Shown piece after piece: positions 19,499 through 30,950 of a stretch of DNA of 64,000 nt. This stretch comes from an uncultured Bifidobacterium sp. (GTDB lineage: Bacteria; Actinomycetota; Acidimicrobiia; Acidimicrobiales; Ilumatobacteraceae): the NCBI GenBank assembly GCA_964599815.1, contig CAZRHK010000002.1, positions 3,112 through 67,111 of the forward strand, written 5' to 3'. The notes under the pieces are model-generated. The model was not told where the DNA came from and made no database searches. It was given only the letters and a program-made list of their open reading frames with translations. How positions within the stretch are numbered: the first letter of the stretch is position 1; every line of letters begins with the position of its first letter. Both the position numbers and the translations under genes were made by a program.

Positions 19499-21424
19499 AT
19501 GAGCCAGTTAGATCCACATAACGCCAATTCGGGAACGCCTGCGTGGGGAACACGTCGCGGTCCAGTTGTTCCGTATGTTCCAGGCTTAGACGGACTCCGA
19601 GCTCTCGCTGTGCTTGCAGTCATTGTGTACCACGCCAATCGGGAATGGCTGGGCGGCGGATTCTTAGGCGTTGAAGTCTTTTTTGTTATCTCGGGTTATC
19701 TCATCACACTGTTGTTGATTGCTGAACGTGAACGAATGGGCACGGTGTCGCTAAAGCAATTCTGGATTCGTCGCGCGCGCCGACTGTTGCCAGCGTTGTT
19801 CACGTTGCTCATCGGAACCATTACGTACTGCGCCATTTTTGATTCAGATCGCCTTGGAAAACTGCGTGGCGACGTTATCGCCGGCGTTGCGTATGTCTCT
19901 AACTGGTTCCAAGTGTGGACTGGTTCTTCGTACACCACGGCGTCAGAGTTTGCACCACTTCGACATCTGTGGTCGTTAGCAGTAGAAGAACAGTTCTACA
20001 TCGTGTGGCCAGTGGTCATGTTTGTGCTGTTGCGCAGACTTGGCAACAAGACACTTCCACTCATTGGAATGTTGTTCACAGCGCTAGCTGGCCTTGTTGC
20101 GTTGTATACAGCTGCGGTGTTCCGTGCAGGCCCAATTGGAACATTTGAAAAAACTCCAGATCAATACATGGAATTGTTTGGTCGCACAGTGTTGCGAACT
20201 GACTATCTCTATTTGGGAACCGTCACGCGCGCATCGGGTTTGTTGTTAGGTGCAGCATTGGCAACATTGTGGCGCCCGTGGGCTATTCGCCGCGGACGCG
20301 CTGGTTCAAACGCAAATGGTCTCGACGTTCTGGGTGTTCTCAGCATTGCGTCGCTCGCGTGGATGTGCTGGAAATTCCGTGAAGTTGTTCTCGTGGAGAA
20401 TGTTGGTACGCAGGGATACGAACTGTTGTACAAAGGCGGATTGTTCTTAGTTGGGCTCGCCACGGTGTTCGCCATTGCCACCGTGACTCATCCTCGATCA
20501 CGTCTGGGCAAATATGTCATTGGCACACCAGTTCTGGTGTGGTTTGGCAAACGTTCCTATGGCTTGTACTTGTATCACTGGGTGATTTTCCAGGCCTACA
20601 GAAAGAGCGCTGGTGTTCTTCTCACGGTGGAAGAGTTCATCGCGTTGATGGCTATCACGTTGGTGGTTACCGAGGCGTCGTATCAATTTATTGAAACGCC
20701 AATTCGCAACGGAAAAGCTCGTGAAGCGTGGACGGCGTGGAGAACTCGTTCTACTGGCATGTGGGGCCCGTTGCCCATTGTTGCTGCAACGATGGCAATT
20801 GTTCCGCTGTTCTCCATTGTCAGCATGGCTGGTGCGCGTGTCATTGAAGACGACGTTGCATCAAACCTTGATGACAACGAGGATTCCGTGGTCACCATTC
20901 CATCAACGTCTGTCCCGGTGAACACAACTGCTCCTGTTGTAACAACAACTGTTCCAGCAGAAGTCATTGATGTTCTTGCAGTCGGTGATTCCGTCATGTT
21001 GGGTTCGGCGCGGAAGTTAACTGCACAGGGGCTTGTCGTGAATGCCGAAAAGAATCGACAAGTTCTCGAGGCACTGCAAGTGTTCAACTATTACAAGTCC
21101 ATAAATCAACTTGGCGAAAACGTTGTTATTCATCTCGGAACAAACGGCACCACCAACGAGGCAACATTCGACCGTGTCATGGGCCCGCTTGCAGATGTCG
21201 ATCGCGTCATTGTGTTGACTGTCAGAGTCCCCGGCCGGGAGTACCAAAACATCAACAACAAGATCATCAATGCATTGCCATTGAAGTATCCAAACGTCAC
21301 GGTTCTCGACTGGCTGGACTACTCAAAATCTCAGAAAGAGTGGTTCGCCTCAGACGGCATTCATCCGAATGCAGTGGGTCAAGACAACTACGTTGCTTTC
21401 ATCATGAAGGCCCTCGGGCGCTAA
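19499..21424 (+). CDS. Acyltransferase-3 (OafA/YrhL-type) membrane protein with a C-terminal SGNH domain
   Basis: N-terminal 'GLDGLRALAVLAVIVYH' and about 10 TM helices. A Thr/Val-rich linker is followed by an SGNH-like domain ('AVGDSVMLG', 'DGIHPN'). Confidence 0.85.
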   Translation: MSQLDPHNANSGTPAWGTRRGPVVPYVPGLDGLRALAVLAVIVYHANREWLGGGFLGVEVFFVISGYLITLLLIAERERMGTVSLKQFWIRRARRLLPALFTLLIGTITYCAIFDSDRLGKLRGDVIAGVAYVSNWFQVWTGSSYTTASEFAPLRHLWSLAVEEQFYIVWPVVMFVLLRRLGNKTLPLIGMLFTALAGLVALYTAAVFRAGPIGTFEKTPDQYMELFGRTVLRTDYLYLGTVTRASGLLLGAALATLWRPWAIRRGRAGSNANGLDVLGVLSIASLAWMCWKFREVVLVENVGTQGYELLYKGGLFLVGLATVFAIATVTHPRSRLGKYVIGTPVLVWFGKRSYGLYLYHWVIFQAYRKSAGVLLTVEEFIALMAITLVVTEASYQFIETPIRNGKAREAWTAWRTRSTGMWGPLPIVAATMAIVPLFSIVSMAGARVIEDDVASNLDDNEDSVVTIPSTSVPVNTTAPVVTTTVPAEVIDVLAVGDSVMLGSARKLTAQGLVVNAEKNRQVLEALQVFNYYKSINQLGENVVIHLGTNGTTNEATFDRVMGPLADVDRVIVLTVRVPGREYQNINNKIINALPLKYPNVTVLDWLDYSKSQKEWFASDGIHPNAVGQDNYVAFIMKALGR

Positions 21425-21487
21425 TTTCAGCCCAATTTCACTAGTCAGTATTGGGAGTCAGGGCATCGGTGTGCCTACGCTTGGGGC

Positions 21488-22474
21488 ATGACAACTCCCG
21501 TACGTGTTTCGGTCACCGGCGCCGCCGGCCAGATCGGCTACAGCCTCCTTTTCCGTATTGCTTCTGGTGCCGTCTTTGGCCCGAACACCCCAGTGATCTT
21601 GCAGTTGCTGGAAATCACACCAGCGCTCGGTGCGCTTGAAGGTGTTCGCATGGAACTTGACGACTGCGCATTCCCACTTCTTGCTGGCGTGGTGTGTACA
21701 GATAATGCCGAAACAGCATTCGGCGATGCAGACGCAGCATTCCTCGTTGGTGCAATGCCACGTAAAGACGGAATGGAGCGCGGCGATTTGCTCAGCGCAA
21801 ACGGCGGAATTTTCAAGCCACAAGGTCAAGCGCTGGCAGCAGCTGCAAAGAAAGACGTGAAGATTCTTGTTGTCGGTAACCCTGCAAACACAAACGCCTT
21901 GATTGCGATGAACAATGCAAAGGGTCTTGATCCACGTCGCTTCACCGCAATGACACGTCTCGATCACAACCGCGCCGTATCGCAATTGTCAGCAAAAGTT
22001 GGCAAGCCAGTGACCGACATCAAGAAGATGACAATTTGGGGTAACCACTCCAGCACTCAGTATCCAGACCTGTTCCATTGCGAAGTTGGCGGAAAGAACG
22101 CTGCTCAACTCATCAACGATCAGGCATGGTTGGAAAACGATTTCATTCCCACTGTTGCAAAGCGCGGCGCAGCCATCATTAAGGCTCGCGGTCTTTCATC
22201 TGCCGCATCAGCAGCAAATGCCGCCATCGACCACATGCATTCATGGGCTATGGGAACCGCTGAAGGGGACTGGGTGTCAATGGCTATTCCGTCAGATGGC
22301 AGCTACGGAGTTCCAGAAGGAATCATCTCGTCATTCCCATGCGTCTGCAAAGACGGGGAGTACAGCATCGTTCAGGGGCTCGACATTGACGATTTCAGCC
22401 GCGCCCGAATTGATGCCTCGGTTGCAGAGCTCATTGAAGAGCGCGACGAAGTCAAGAAGCTCGGTCTCATCTAG
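21488..22474 (+). CDS. mdh: Malate dehydrogenase
   Basis: '[19 protein letters not shown]', '[10 protein letters not shown]' and '[11 protein letters not shown]'. Confidence 0.95.
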   Translation: MTTPVRVSVTGAAGQIGYSLLFRIASGAVFGPNTPVILQLLEITPALGALEGVRMELDDCAFPLLAGVVCTDNAETAFGDADAAFLVGAMPRKDGMERGDLLSANGGIFKPQGQALAAAAKKDVKILVVGNPANTNALIAMNNAKGLDPRRFTAMTRLDHNRAVSQLSAKVGKPVTDIKKMTIWGNHSSTQYPDLFHCEVGGKNAAQLINDQAWLENDFIPTVAKRGAAIIKARGLSSAASAANAAIDHMHSWAMGTAEGDWVSMAIPSDGSYGVPEGIISSFPCVCKDGEYSIVQGLDIDDFSRARIDASVAELIEERDEVKKLGLI

Positions 22475-22491
22475 TTTCCGATACATCGACG

Positions 22492-22535
22492 AAAGGGTCT
22501 GTCGGGGTCTTCCCGGCGGGCCCTTTTTCGTTTTG
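22492..22535 (+). terminator. Rho-independent terminator after mdh
   Basis: AAAGGG(22492-22497) pairs with CCCTTT(22521-22526). The inner stem is CGGG/CCCG with flanking G-U pairs. A TTTTCGTTTT tract follows. Confidence 0.65.
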
Positions 22536-22611
22536 TGCCCTCAGGTTGCGCACGGGCATTCTGTCTGGTTAAATACCTGACTAATCAAGTCGGAATTATC
22601 AGGAATGAGCC

Positions 22612-22827
22612 ATGACCGAAGCAATTCACACCCATAACGCCCACGATGGCCTCTCAGGCGCGTCGTACGGGGCTGTGGGAGCTGGTTCCTCGCGTCCACG
22701 CACGTCGTTGCGGGCAAGCGTGTTTTTGCTTGCTGGAGCCCTTGTGATTCTCAGTGTGGTCTTTGGCAGTAACGAAGATTCGTCTACTGGTACGACACAA
22801 GACATTGCGGTCGTAGCCAACCACTAA
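22612..22827 (+). CDS. Possible small membrane protein (71 aa)
   Basis: ATG-initiated ORF in an otherwise unassigned gap, with one hydrophobic helix (VFLLAGALVILSVVF). There is no family recognition, so coding status is uncertain. Confidence 0.3.
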   Translation: MTEAIHTHNAHDGLSGASYGAVGAGSSRPRTSLRASVFLLAGALVILSVVFGSNEDSSTGTTQDIAVVANH

Positions 22828-22843
22828 CGGCGCGCCAGATTCC

Positions 22844-23233
22844 TTACGCGTATTCGGTGTTGTTTCGAACGGCTGAGAACACCGAGTCCAATGCGCCAAA
22901 CACTGGTGCGCAATCGATCAAACGTTGTGGGTCGCCAGAGACTCGAATAAGTCCTTTGATGAAGAACTCTTGGGCGGGAGCTTGTTCCGTTGCAACGCTG
23001 ACCGCGGTGTCCCAGGTTTGTTCCATACGGACATGTTCTTGAGGCGCGGCACCTGGGCCGAATGATGCAACTCCGTCGCCAACTTGCAAGTGATACAAAA
23101 CGGTTCCTTCGGGACCATCTGTAATCACTTGGGTGACACCGATGGCGTGAGTGTGCGCAAGTGCAGCAAGTGATTCAGACGCGGCTACTTCGGCTTGCAT
23201 TGATTCAATCCACTCAAGACTGAGATATCTCAT
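22844..23233 (-). CDS. SCP2 (sterol-carrier-protein-like) domain protein
   Basis: 'SLEWIESMQAEV...' N-terminus and 'FFIKGLIRVSGDPQRLI' resemble actinobacterial SCP2-domain proteins. Start at the internal ATG at 23233. Confidence 0.55.
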   Translation of the reverse strand: MRYLSLEWIESMQAEVAASESLAALAHTHAIGVTQVITDGPEGTVLYHLQVGDGVASFGPGAAPQEHVRMEQTWDTAVSVATEQAPAQEFFIKGLIRVSGDPQRLIDCAPVFGALDSVFSAVRNNTEYA

Positions 23234-23305
23234 ATGAACAGTGTGCCGTCTAGAGGGAAGTGTTGCCACGTTTCATCTCACGAACTTTGCGTTTGTGAGA
23301 TGAGA

Positions 23306-23351
23306 TCAGAAAAAGCAGAAGGCCCCGAGCATTTCTGCCCGGGGCCTTCTG
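23306..23351 (-). terminator. Rho-independent terminator after the pyrophosphatase gene
   Basis: Perfect 12-bp stem (23316-23327 pairs with 23340-23351) with a 12-nt loop. On the minus strand a CTTTTTCT tract follows. Confidence 0.75.
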
Positions 23352-23361
23352 TAACAGCTGT

Positions 23362-25716
23362 TTAGTTTGCTGAGATGGTGTTGCCCTGGCGACTAGAGCG
23401 AACAACCGAGCCAGCAAGAATTGCAGTTGCAATACCAGCAATGATGAGACGCTTTGCATCGTCATCTTGGCTGGTGATGATTGCTGGAAGGATCAACAAC
23501 GACACAAGGTTCATCACCTTGATCAATGGGTTGAGTGCTGGACCAGCGGTGTCCTTAAATGGGTCACCAACGGTGTCAGCAACAACTGCTGCCTTGTACG
23601 GGTCGGAACCCTTGCCACCGTGGTGTCCATCTTCGATGTACTTCTTTGCATTGTCCCATGCACCACCTGCGTTGCTGAGGTAGTTAGCCATGAGTTGGCC
23701 TGTGAGGATGCCTGCTGCAAGGAATCCACCAAGCGCTTGCCAGCCAATGCCGAAACCAACAATGACTGGTGTCAGTACTGCAAGCAGAGCTGGTGTTGCC
23801 AACTCACGCAATGAAGCTTCCGTACAAATGTCGATAACTGGGCCGTATTCGGGCTTCTTTGTTCCAGCCATGATTCCACCATCGCGGAACTGATTACGTA
23901 CTTCCTGCACCACCACTCCTGCAGTGCGGCCAACGGCGCGAATTGCAAGTGCAGAGAACAGGAATGGAACAGCGCCACCGAGAAGAAGACCAATGAAGAT
24001 CTTCGGATCAGCAACGTTGATTGCCAACTCTGGAAGTTTGAACACGCCATCAGCGAGGTTGGTGACAGTGTCCACCAACAGTTCGCCTTTTGCGTTCTTC
24101 AAGTTGCCACCGGCAGTTTCAATGAACGATGCAAACAACGCAACAGCTGCGATCACTGCGGAACCAATTGCGAAGCCCTTGGTAACGGCCTTTGTGGTGT
24201 TACCAACTGCGTCAAGGCTGACCATGATCTTTTCTGGTTCACCATGGAACTCGCCAGACATTTCTGCAATACCTGCAGCGTTGTCTGATACAGGACCAAA
24301 GGTGTCTTCAGAAACAATCACACCAGTGGTGGACAACATGCCCATACCAGTAAGTGCAACGAGATACAGCGAGAAGGTGAGGTTTCCACCACCGAGACCA
24401 AGCGCAACACCAATGGCAACTGCAATTGCGATGACTGCGTACACGCTTGATTCAAGTCCGTATGCGGTACCCGACAACACTGCTGTTGCTGGGCCAGTTT
24501 CTGCAGATTCTGCAATTTCTTGCACTGGACGGAAGTGTGTGGATGTGTAGTACTCGGTGAGTCGGCTGACCAACTGTGCGAGAACAAGACCAATTGCGAT
24601 GGCACCAAATACTCGCCAACCAGCACCACTCATTAACTGCACACCATCGCCTGCTTCGCCCTTGGCGTTACCGACGTACTTGAGTGCAAGTGCAAGTGTT
24701 CCTGCAAGAGTGATAACACCGGCTACTAGGAAGCCCTTATTGATTGGCTTCAATGCGTCCATTTCGCCCTCTTTTGCCTTTACAGCGAAGAGACCAGCGA
24801 TTGATGCAATAACACCAATTGCTTGTGCGGCAAGTGGGAACACAAGACCAAGTGCTGGGTTCAAACCAATTGACTTGAATGCAGCAACACCAAGAATGAT
24901 TGACGCAATCAAGGTGACTTCGTAGCTTTCAAACAAGTCAGCAGCCATACCTGCACAGTCACCCACGTTGTCGCCGACGTTGTCAGCGATTGTTGCGGGG
25001 TTGCGCGGATCGTCTTCAGGAATTCCTGCTTCAACTTTTCCAACAAGGTCGGCGCCGACGTCAGCGGCTTTTGTGAAGATGCCACCGCCAACGCGAAGGA
25101 AGAGTGCGAGGAGTGATCCACCGAAACCAAAACCAACAAGAACAACGCTTGATGTGTTCTGGAAAATCATGATGATGATGGTTGCGCCAATGAGACCAAG
25201 GCCAACGGTGAACATTCCTGCAATACCGCCGGTGCGGAATGCAACGGTGAGAGCCTTTGGCATCGAACCAGTCAGGGCTGCTGCAGCAGTACGGACGTTG
25301 CCGCGTGTTGCAAGGGTCATGCCGATGTAGCCAATAAGGCCAGAGCACACGCCACCCAAGATGAATGCAACAGTTCGCCAAATGCCGGCTTGTGTTTGTG
25401 TCAAAGCTTCGGTGACACCGTCACCTTTCAAAACCTTTGTGGAGGTGACGTACACAATGACGGCCAACGGAATCAGAATGAGTCCGATGGTCTTGAACTG
25501 ACGCTTGAGGTAGGCCCAAGCGCCTTCTTGGATTGCCTCGGCAATCTCTTTCATCTTTGGCGTACCTTCGTCGGACGCCATAACTGAGCGAACCAAGAAG
25601 AGACCTACGGCGATTGCGAGAAGTGCTGCCCCGGCTGAAAGCCACAACACCGCCCATTCTCCGCCCTTAAGTACGAACTCTTGGTAACCGCCCTCAGCTG
25701 CAAATAATCCTGACAC
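23362..25716 (-). CDS. hppA: Membrane-bound proton-translocating pyrophosphatase, K+-independent type
   Basis: 'DNVGDNVGDCAGMAADLFESY', 'VGDPFKDTAGPALNPLIKV' and 'GNTTKAVTKGF'. The Lys in the GNTT(A/K) position marks K+-independent enzymes. Start set to the GTG at 25716, which lies 7 nt downstream of GGAG. The annotated ORF extension to 25815 is Cys/Leu-rich and looks non-genic. Confidence 0.95.
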   Translation of the reverse strand: MSGLFAAEGGYQEFVLKGGEWAVLWLSAGAALLAIAVGLFLVRSVMASDEGTPKMKEIAEAIQEGAWAYLKRQFKTIGLILIPLAVIVYVTSTKVLKGDGVTEALTQTQAGIWRTVAFILGGVCSGLIGYIGMTLATRGNVRTAAAALTGSMPKALTVAFRTGGIAGMFTVGLGLIGATIIIMIFQNTSSVVLVGFGFGGSLLALFLRVGGGIFTKAADVGADLVGKVEAGIPEDDPRNPATIADNVGDNVGDCAGMAADLFESYEVTLIASIILGVAAFKSIGLNPALGLVFPLAAQAIGVIASIAGLFAVKAKEGEMDALKPINKGFLVAGVITLAGTLALALKYVGNAKGEAGDGVQLMSGAGWRVFGAIAIGLVLAQLVSRLTEYYTSTHFRPVQEIAESAETGPATAVLSGTAYGLESSVYAVIAIAVAIGVALGLGGGNLTFSLYLVALTGMGMLSTTGVIVSEDTFGPVSDNAAGIAEMSGEFHGEPEKIMVSLDAVGNTTKAVTKGFAIGSAVIAAVALFASFIETAGGNLKNAKGELLVDTVTNLADGVFKLPELAINVADPKIFIGLLLGGAVPFLFSALAIRAVGRTAGVVVQEVRNQFRDGGIMAGTKKPEYGPVIDICTEASLRELATPALLAVLTPVIVGFGIGWQALGGFLAAGILTGQLMANYLSNAGGAWDNAKKYIEDGHHGGKGSDPYKAAVVADTVGDPFKDTAGPALNPLIKVMNLVSLLILPAIITSQDDDAKRLIIAGIATAILAGSVVRSSRQGNTISAN

Positions 25717-25899
25717 CGAATAACTCCTGGCAGGTTTGGGGGCCTCGCCGAAACGGGGCCCTGTGAGTGGACAGGTCAACAGTAGTGAACAACGGCACGA
25801 AGTGGTGTACTTCACAAGTTGGTCGTAGGGGTGTGGTTAGGGGTACCGTTTCACCTGAGTTTGCAAGGGCTAGACCCCTAGCCCGCAAGGAGACCCCAT

Positions 25900-26673
25900 A
25901 TGGCACAAGTAGTCACGAGCCATCGCGGACCGGTGACCGGTACTGCGACCAAGGCAAAGAAGCGTCGCCCGTTCCTTATTGACCTCTATTCCACTGCCGT
26001 TGGCAAGAAGTACGTCATGGCAGTAACGGGAATCTCAATGATGGGATTCGTTCTGTTTCACATGATTGGCAACCTGAAGATGTATGCAGGTGCGGCCGAT
26101 TTGAACCACTACGCGCACTTCCTGCAGACACTTCTGTACCCACTCGCTCCAAAGGGAGTGGTGTTGTGGATTCTCCGTGGTGGTCTCATCACCATGTTGT
26201 TCTTGCACTTGCATGCCGCATGGTCACTCACACGCCTGAATCGTCAAGCACGCCCCGTGAAGTACCAGAGCGCTCGCGACTATCAAATTGCAAACTTTGC
26301 TAGCCGCACCATGCGCTGGTCGGGAATCATCGTCTTGTCATTCATCGTGTGGCACTTGTTAGACCTCACCTTTGGTGTCACCAATGCACACGTGGGAACC
26401 ATGGTCATGGACCACGGCGAAGAAATCAAAGACGTGTACGGCAGTGTTGTGTACACCTTCGATCGCATCCCCGTTGCGTTGTTCTATGTGATTGCCAACA
26501 TCTTGTTGGGCATTCACCTTTTCCATGGTTCGTGGAGCATCTTCCAGTCCATGGGCTGGAACAACCCACGCTTTAACAAGTGGCGCCGTGCATTCGCCAC
26601 TGGCTTCGCAGCAGTTGTCGTTATCGGCAACGTGTCATTCCCCGTCGCAGCAATGGCCGGCATCGTCGGTTAA
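25900..26673 (+). CDS. sdhC: Succinate dehydrogenase/fumarate reductase cytochrome b subunit (b558, 5-TM type B)
   Basis: A single large hydrophobic anchor with about 5 TM helices and conserved His residues, encoded directly upstream of sdhA/sdhB. AAGGAG lies upstream of the ATG. Confidence 0.85.
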   Translation: MAQVVTSHRGPVTGTATKAKKRRPFLIDLYSTAVGKKYVMAVTGISMMGFVLFHMIGNLKMYAGAADLNHYAHFLQTLLYPLAPKGVVLWILRGGLITMLFLHLHAAWSLTRLNRQARPVKYQSARDYQIANFASRTMRWSGIIVLSFIVWHLLDLTFGVTNAHVGTMVMDHGEEIKDVYGSVVYTFDRIPVALFYVIANILLGIHLFHGSWSIFQSMGWNNPRFNKWRRAFATGFAAVVVIGNVSFPVAAMAGIVG

Positions 26674-26691
26674 TCGCAGAAAGAGACAAAC

Positions 26692-28644
26692 ATGAGCCTC
26701 ACAGATCAACTCCTCGCACAAAACACAGTGCAACTCGACAGCAAGATTCCCGCAGGCCCAATGGCCGACAAGTGGAACACTTACAAGTCAGACATGAAGT
26801 TGGTGAACCCCAACAACAAGCGCAAGTTCAAAGTCATTGTTGTTGGTACTGGTCTTGCTGGTGCATCGGCAGCAGCAACACTTGCTGAACTTGGTTACCA
26901 AGTAGATGCGTTTACCTTCCACGACTCAGCACGCCGTGCGCACTCCATTGCTGCACAAGGTGGCATCAACGGTGCAAAAAACTACAAGGGTGACGGCGAC
27001 AGCATCCACCGTTTGTTCTACGACACGGTGAAAGGCGGCGACTTCCGCGCACGTGAAGCAAACGTTCACCGTTTGGCAGAAAACAGCGTCGACATCATCG
27101 ACCAAATGGTGGCCCAAGGTGTGCCATTTGCACGTGAATACGGCGGTTTGTTGGACAACCGTTCATTCGGTGGTGCACAGGTCAGCCGTACGTTCTACGC
27201 ACGCGGCCAAACAGGTCAGCAGTTGTTGTTGGGTGCGTATCAGCAGTTCTCACGTCAAGTGGGACTCGGTGGCATTCGTTTGTTCAACCGTTCCGAACTT
27301 GTCGACATTGTTGTCATCGATGGTCGCGCAGCAGGAATTGTTGTTCGCGATCTTGTCACCGGTGAGTTGTCATCGCATTCTGCACACGCAGTGGTGTTGG
27401 CAACGGGCGGATATGGAAACGCATTCTTCTTGTCAACAAATGCAATGGCCTGCAACGTCACTGCCGCATGGCGTGCACACCGCAAGGGTGCGTTGTTTGC
27501 AAACCCTTGTTACACACAGATTCACCCAACGTGTATTCCACAAAGCGATGACAGCCAGTCGAAGCTCACGTTGATGTCAGAGTCTCTGCGTAACGACGGT
27601 CGCGTGTGGGTGCCAACAAACCCAGACGAAACACGTCCAGCGCATGAAATTCCAGAAAGCGAACGCGACTACTACCTCGAGCGTTTGTACCCATCGTTTG
27701 GAAACTTGGCACCACGCGACATTTCGTCACGTGCAGCAAAGCGCGCTGTCGACAAGGGTCTTGGTGTTGGTCCAAAGAAGAACGGTGTGTATCTCGACTT
27801 CTCCGATGCCATCAAGCGCCTAGGTCGCGACGTTGTTGAAGAGCGTTACGGAAACCTTTTCGAGATGTACGAGCGCATCGCTGGCGAAAATCCATACGAG
27901 ACACCAATGCGTATTTACCCTGCATCGCACTACACCATGGGCGGTTTGTGGGTGGACTACGAACTCATGACAAACATTCCTGGTTTGTACGCCGCCGGTG
28001 AAGCCAACTTCTCCGACCACGGCGCAAACCGTTTGGGTGCATCTGCGTTGATGCAAGGTTTGTCAGACGGTTACTTCGTATTGCCATACACAATTGGTAA
28101 CTACTTGGCACCACTTCTCAACAAGCCAGTGCCAGGCACCGATCACCCAGAGTTCAAGGCAGCAGAAGTCGCCGCACAAGAGCGCTTCGCTGGTTACCTC
28201 GCCATCGGCGGAACCAAGTCTCCAGACTTCTTCCACCGCGAGCTTGGAAAGATCATTTGGGATTACTGCGGCATGGAGCGCACCGAACAAGGTCTTGAGA
28301 AGGCATTGTCGGAAATTCCAGCGTTGTACGAGGAGTTCAAGAAGGATCTTCGTGTCACCGGTAACGGTGAAAGCATGAACCAAACATTGGAGAAGGCTGG
28401 TCGTGTTGACGACTTCTTCCAGTTGGGCATGTTGATGTGCAAAGACGCGCTCGACCGTAAGGAAAGCTGTGGCGGTCACTTCCGCGCTGAATACCAAACC
28501 GACGACGGCGAAGCACTTCGCGACGACGACAACTACTGCCACGTATCTGCTTGGCAGTGGGGTGGCGATCCAATGTCACCAAAACTCAACGTCGAGAAAC
28601 TCGAATTTGAAGAAGTTCACCTTGCAACAAGGAGCTACAAGTGA
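26692..28644 (+). CDS. sdhA: Succinate dehydrogenase flavoprotein subunit
   Basis: '[19 protein letters not shown]' FAD fold, '[12 protein letters not shown]' (covalent-FAD His) and 'SCGGHFR'. Confidence 0.97.
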   Translation: MSLTDQLLAQNTVQLDSKIPAGPMADKWNTYKSDMKLVNPNNKRKFKVIVVGTGLAGASAAATLAELGYQVDAFTFHDSARRAHSIAAQGGINGAKNYKGDGDSIHRLFYDTVKGGDFRAREANVHRLAENSVDIIDQMVAQGVPFAREYGGLLDNRSFGGAQVSRTFYARGQTGQQLLLGAYQQFSRQVGLGGIRLFNRSELVDIVVIDGRAAGIVVRDLVTGELSSHSAHAVVLATGGYGNAFFLSTNAMACNVTAAWRAHRKGALFANPCYTQIHPTCIPQSDDSQSKLTLMSESLRNDGRVWVPTNPDETRPAHEIPESERDYYLERLYPSFGNLAPRDISSRAAKRAVDKGLGVGPKKNGVYLDFSDAIKRLGRDVVEERYGNLFEMYERIAGENPYETPMRIYPASHYTMGGLWVDYELMTNIPGLYAAGEANFSDHGANRLGASALMQGLSDGYFVLPYTIGNYLAPLLNKPVPGTDHPEFKAAEVAAQERFAGYLAIGGTKSPDFFHRELGKIIWDYCGMERTEQGLEKALSEIPALYEEFKKDLRVTGNGESMNQTLEKAGRVDDFFQLGMLMCKDALDRKESCGGHFRAEYQTDDGEALRDDDNYCHVSAWQWGGDPMSPKLNVEKLEFEEVHLATRSYK

Positions 28645-29417
28645 GCAACACAATCAAGAACATCACGCTCAAGGTCTGGCGCCAAGCTGGCCCAACAGCG
28701 CAGGGTCACTTCGAAACTCACGTCATTCCAGAAATCACCGACGAAGCATCGTTCCTCGAGATGTTGGACATCTTGAACGATCGCTTGGTGACCGAAGGAA
28801 AAGAAGCCATCGTGTTCGACCACGACTGTCGCGAAGGAATTTGCGGTACGTGCTCGTTGATGATTGACGGACAAGCCCACGGCCCACAGCGCGGCACTGC
28901 AACATGCCAGTTGCACATGCGTAAGTACAAAGACGGCGACTCCATCACCATTGAGCCATGGCGTGCATCTGCATTCCCGCTTATTCGTGACCTCATGGTG
29001 GACCGTTCTGCGTTTGACCGCATCATTGAATCTGGCGGATACATCACCGCTGAAACCGGTGGTGCACCAGATGCAAACCTCATCCCCATTCCAAAGCCCA
29101 TCGCAGACGCTGCAATGGACTCTGCGGAATGCATTGGTTGCGGAGCATGTGTGGCGGCCTGTCCAAACGGCGCAGCCAACTTGTTCACCGCCGCCAAGGT
29201 GGCACACCTCAACCGCCTCCCACAGGGCCAGGCAGAGCGTTACAGCCGTGTTGAGTCGATGGTGGAGACCATGGACGAGTACTTCGGCTCATGCACCAAC
29301 CACGGTGAATGTGAAGCTGCATGTCCGAAGGAGATCAGCATCGATGTCATCGCGCTGATGCACAAGGACTACCGCAAGGCAAAGTTTGCTAACCGCAAAG
29401 ACCTCGCACGTTCATAA
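28641..29417 (+). CDS. sdhB: Succinate dehydrogenase iron-sulfur subunit
   Basis: GTGA overlap with sdhA. Three Cys clusters: '[15 protein letters not shown]', '[12 protein letters not shown]' and '[12 protein letters not shown]'. Confidence 0.95.
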   Translation: MSNTIKNITLKVWRQAGPTAQGHFETHVIPEITDEASFLEMLDILNDRLVTEGKEAIVFDHDCREGICGTCSLMIDGQAHGPQRGTATCQLHMRKYKDGDSITIEPWRASAFPLIRDLMVDRSAFDRIIESGGYITAETGGAPDANLIPIPKPIADAAMDSAECIGCGACVAACPNGAANLFTAAKVAHLNRLPQGQAERYSRVESMVETMDEYFGSCTNHGECEAACPKEISIDVIALMHKDYRKAKFANRKDLARS

Positions 29418-29436
29418 TTTCTAAATAACTCGCAAA

Positions 29437-29478
29437 ATGGGGTGGGGGCATTTGTCCCCGCCCCATTTGTGTTTTCTT
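29437..29478 (+). terminator. Rho-independent terminator after sdhCAB
   Basis: ATGGGGTGGGG (29437-29447) pairs with CCCCGCCCCAT (29456-29466), with one G-U pair and an 8-nt loop. TTGTGTTTTCTT follows. Confidence 0.85.
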
Positions 29479-29519
29479 CCACTGTGAGAGTGGGGGAAGG
29501 GGCAGGTACTGTCACATCT

Positions 29520-30947
29520 ATGACTACGCCAGACGTGCCTTCCTCCTTGCCCACCACACTTGGCGCACTGCGCGCTTCTGGTTGGCAATCACTTCCCGTG
29601 AAAGAAGAGTTGCGTCGTAATGCTGTGCGCAACATCTCAGAAGGCAAGCCTCTGTTTGAAGGCGTGATGGGATACGAAGACACCGTCATGCCACAACTTG
29701 AGAACGCATTGTTGGCCGGACACGACGTGGTGTTTCTTGGAGAGCGCGGTCAAGCAAAGACGCGCATGATTCGCTCGCTCACCAATCTCCTCGATGAATG
29801 GATGCCAATTGTTGCTGGCTCTGAAATCAATGATGATCCGTACAATCCCGTGTCGCGATTTGCAAAGAATGCCGTTGCAGAAAATGGTGACAACACGCCG
29901 ATTGCGTGGGTGCATCGCAGTGATCGATTCGGCGAAAAGCTTGCAACACCAGACACATCTATTTCTGACCTCATTGGTGAAGTAGACCCCATCAAGGTGG
30001 CAGAAGGTCGTTACCTCAGCGACGAACTCACGCTTCACTATGGACTGGTTCCACGCACCAACCGCGGCATCTTTGCCATCAACGAATTACCCGACCTCAG
30101 CGAGCGCATTCAGGTTGGTTTGCTGAACGTGTTGGAAGAACGCGATGTGCAGATTCGCGGATACAAAATCAGTCTTCCTATCGATGTGCTGTTAGTGGCA
30201 TCAGCCAACCCTGAGGACTACACCAACCGCGGTCGCATCATCACACCGCTAAAGGACCGTTTCGGTAGCCAGATTCGTACGCACTATCCGCTTGATGTCG
30301 ACACGGAAATTGCCATTATTCGTCAAGAAGCTCGCCCAGCATCAATTGGCGATGTCACTGTCGCCATGCCCGAGTTCATGGAGAACATCATCGCTACGTT
30401 CTCACAGCAAGCACGTGTCAGCAGCCATGTGAATCAGCGCAGCGGTGTGTCTGTGCGTCTCTCCGTGAGCAACTATGAAATCCTCAGTGCAAATGCAGTG
30501 CGCCGTGCATTGCGAGCAGGAGAGCGCAGCGTGGCACCACGCGTCAGCGACCTTGATGCTCTTGCAGCATCCACCGGCGGCAAAGTGGAAATCGAATCGC
30601 TGGAAGAAGGCCGCGAATCACAGATTTTGCAGCAGCTCATTTCGCAGGCAGTTCTTACTGTGTACAAAGAAATGACCGCTGGTGTCTCCATGGCAGAAGT
30701 GGTGAAAGCCTTCGAAGAGGGCACCATTGCCCACGTTGGAGAAGACATCCCAAGTGCAGATCTCATTGCTCTTGTTGCACAAATTCCATCTCTGCAAACT
30801 CCTGTCACCGTGGTGACGGGCGGTGACAACACACCAGCAGTTGTTGCCAGTGCAGTGGAGTTCTTGTTGGAAGGTCTGCACCTTACGCGCCGTCTCAACA
30901 AAGATGCGTCTGGTGCACGCGCCACGTACCGCTCACGCGGCGTCTAG
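29520..30947 (+). CDS. AAA+ ATPase, Mg-chelatase (ChlI/BchI)/MoxR-like family
   Basis: 'VVFLGERGQAKT' (Walker-A-like, 29739-29762), 'RGIFAINELPDL' (Walker-B position, Asn codon at 30081-30083) and 'LLVASANPEDY...GRIITPLKDRFG' (sensor/arginine region). The start at 29520 is tentative because there is no clear SD. Confidence 0.8.
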   Translation: MTTPDVPSSLPTTLGALRASGWQSLPVKEELRRNAVRNISEGKPLFEGVMGYEDTVMPQLENALLAGHDVVFLGERGQAKTRMIRSLTNLLDEWMPIVAGSEINDDPYNPVSRFAKNAVAENGDNTPIAWVHRSDRFGEKLATPDTSISDLIGEVDPIKVAEGRYLSDELTLHYGLVPRTNRGIFAINELPDLSERIQVGLLNVLEERDVQIRGYKISLPIDVLLVASANPEDYTNRGRIITPLKDRFGSQIRTHYPLDVDTEIAIIRQEARPASIGDVTVAMPEFMENIIATFSQQARVSSHVNQRSGVSVRLSVSNYEILSANAVRRALRAGERSVAPRVSDLDALAASTGGKVEIESLEEGRESQILQQLISQAVLTVYKEMTAGVSMAEVVKAFEEGTIAHVGEDIPSADLIALVAQIPSLQTPVTVVTGGDNTPAVVASAVEFLLEGLHLTRRLNKDASGARATYRSRGV

Positions 30948-30950
30948 CAA

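Noticed and set aside
23375-25587. A series of plus-strand ORFs (for example 23924-24550, 208 aa, and 24968-25330) inside the pyrophosphatase gene.
   Set aside because: They are antisense to a gene with unambiguous H+-PPase motifs. Their translations are Pro/Ala/Ser/Arg-rich low-complexity sequence typical of shadow ORFs.
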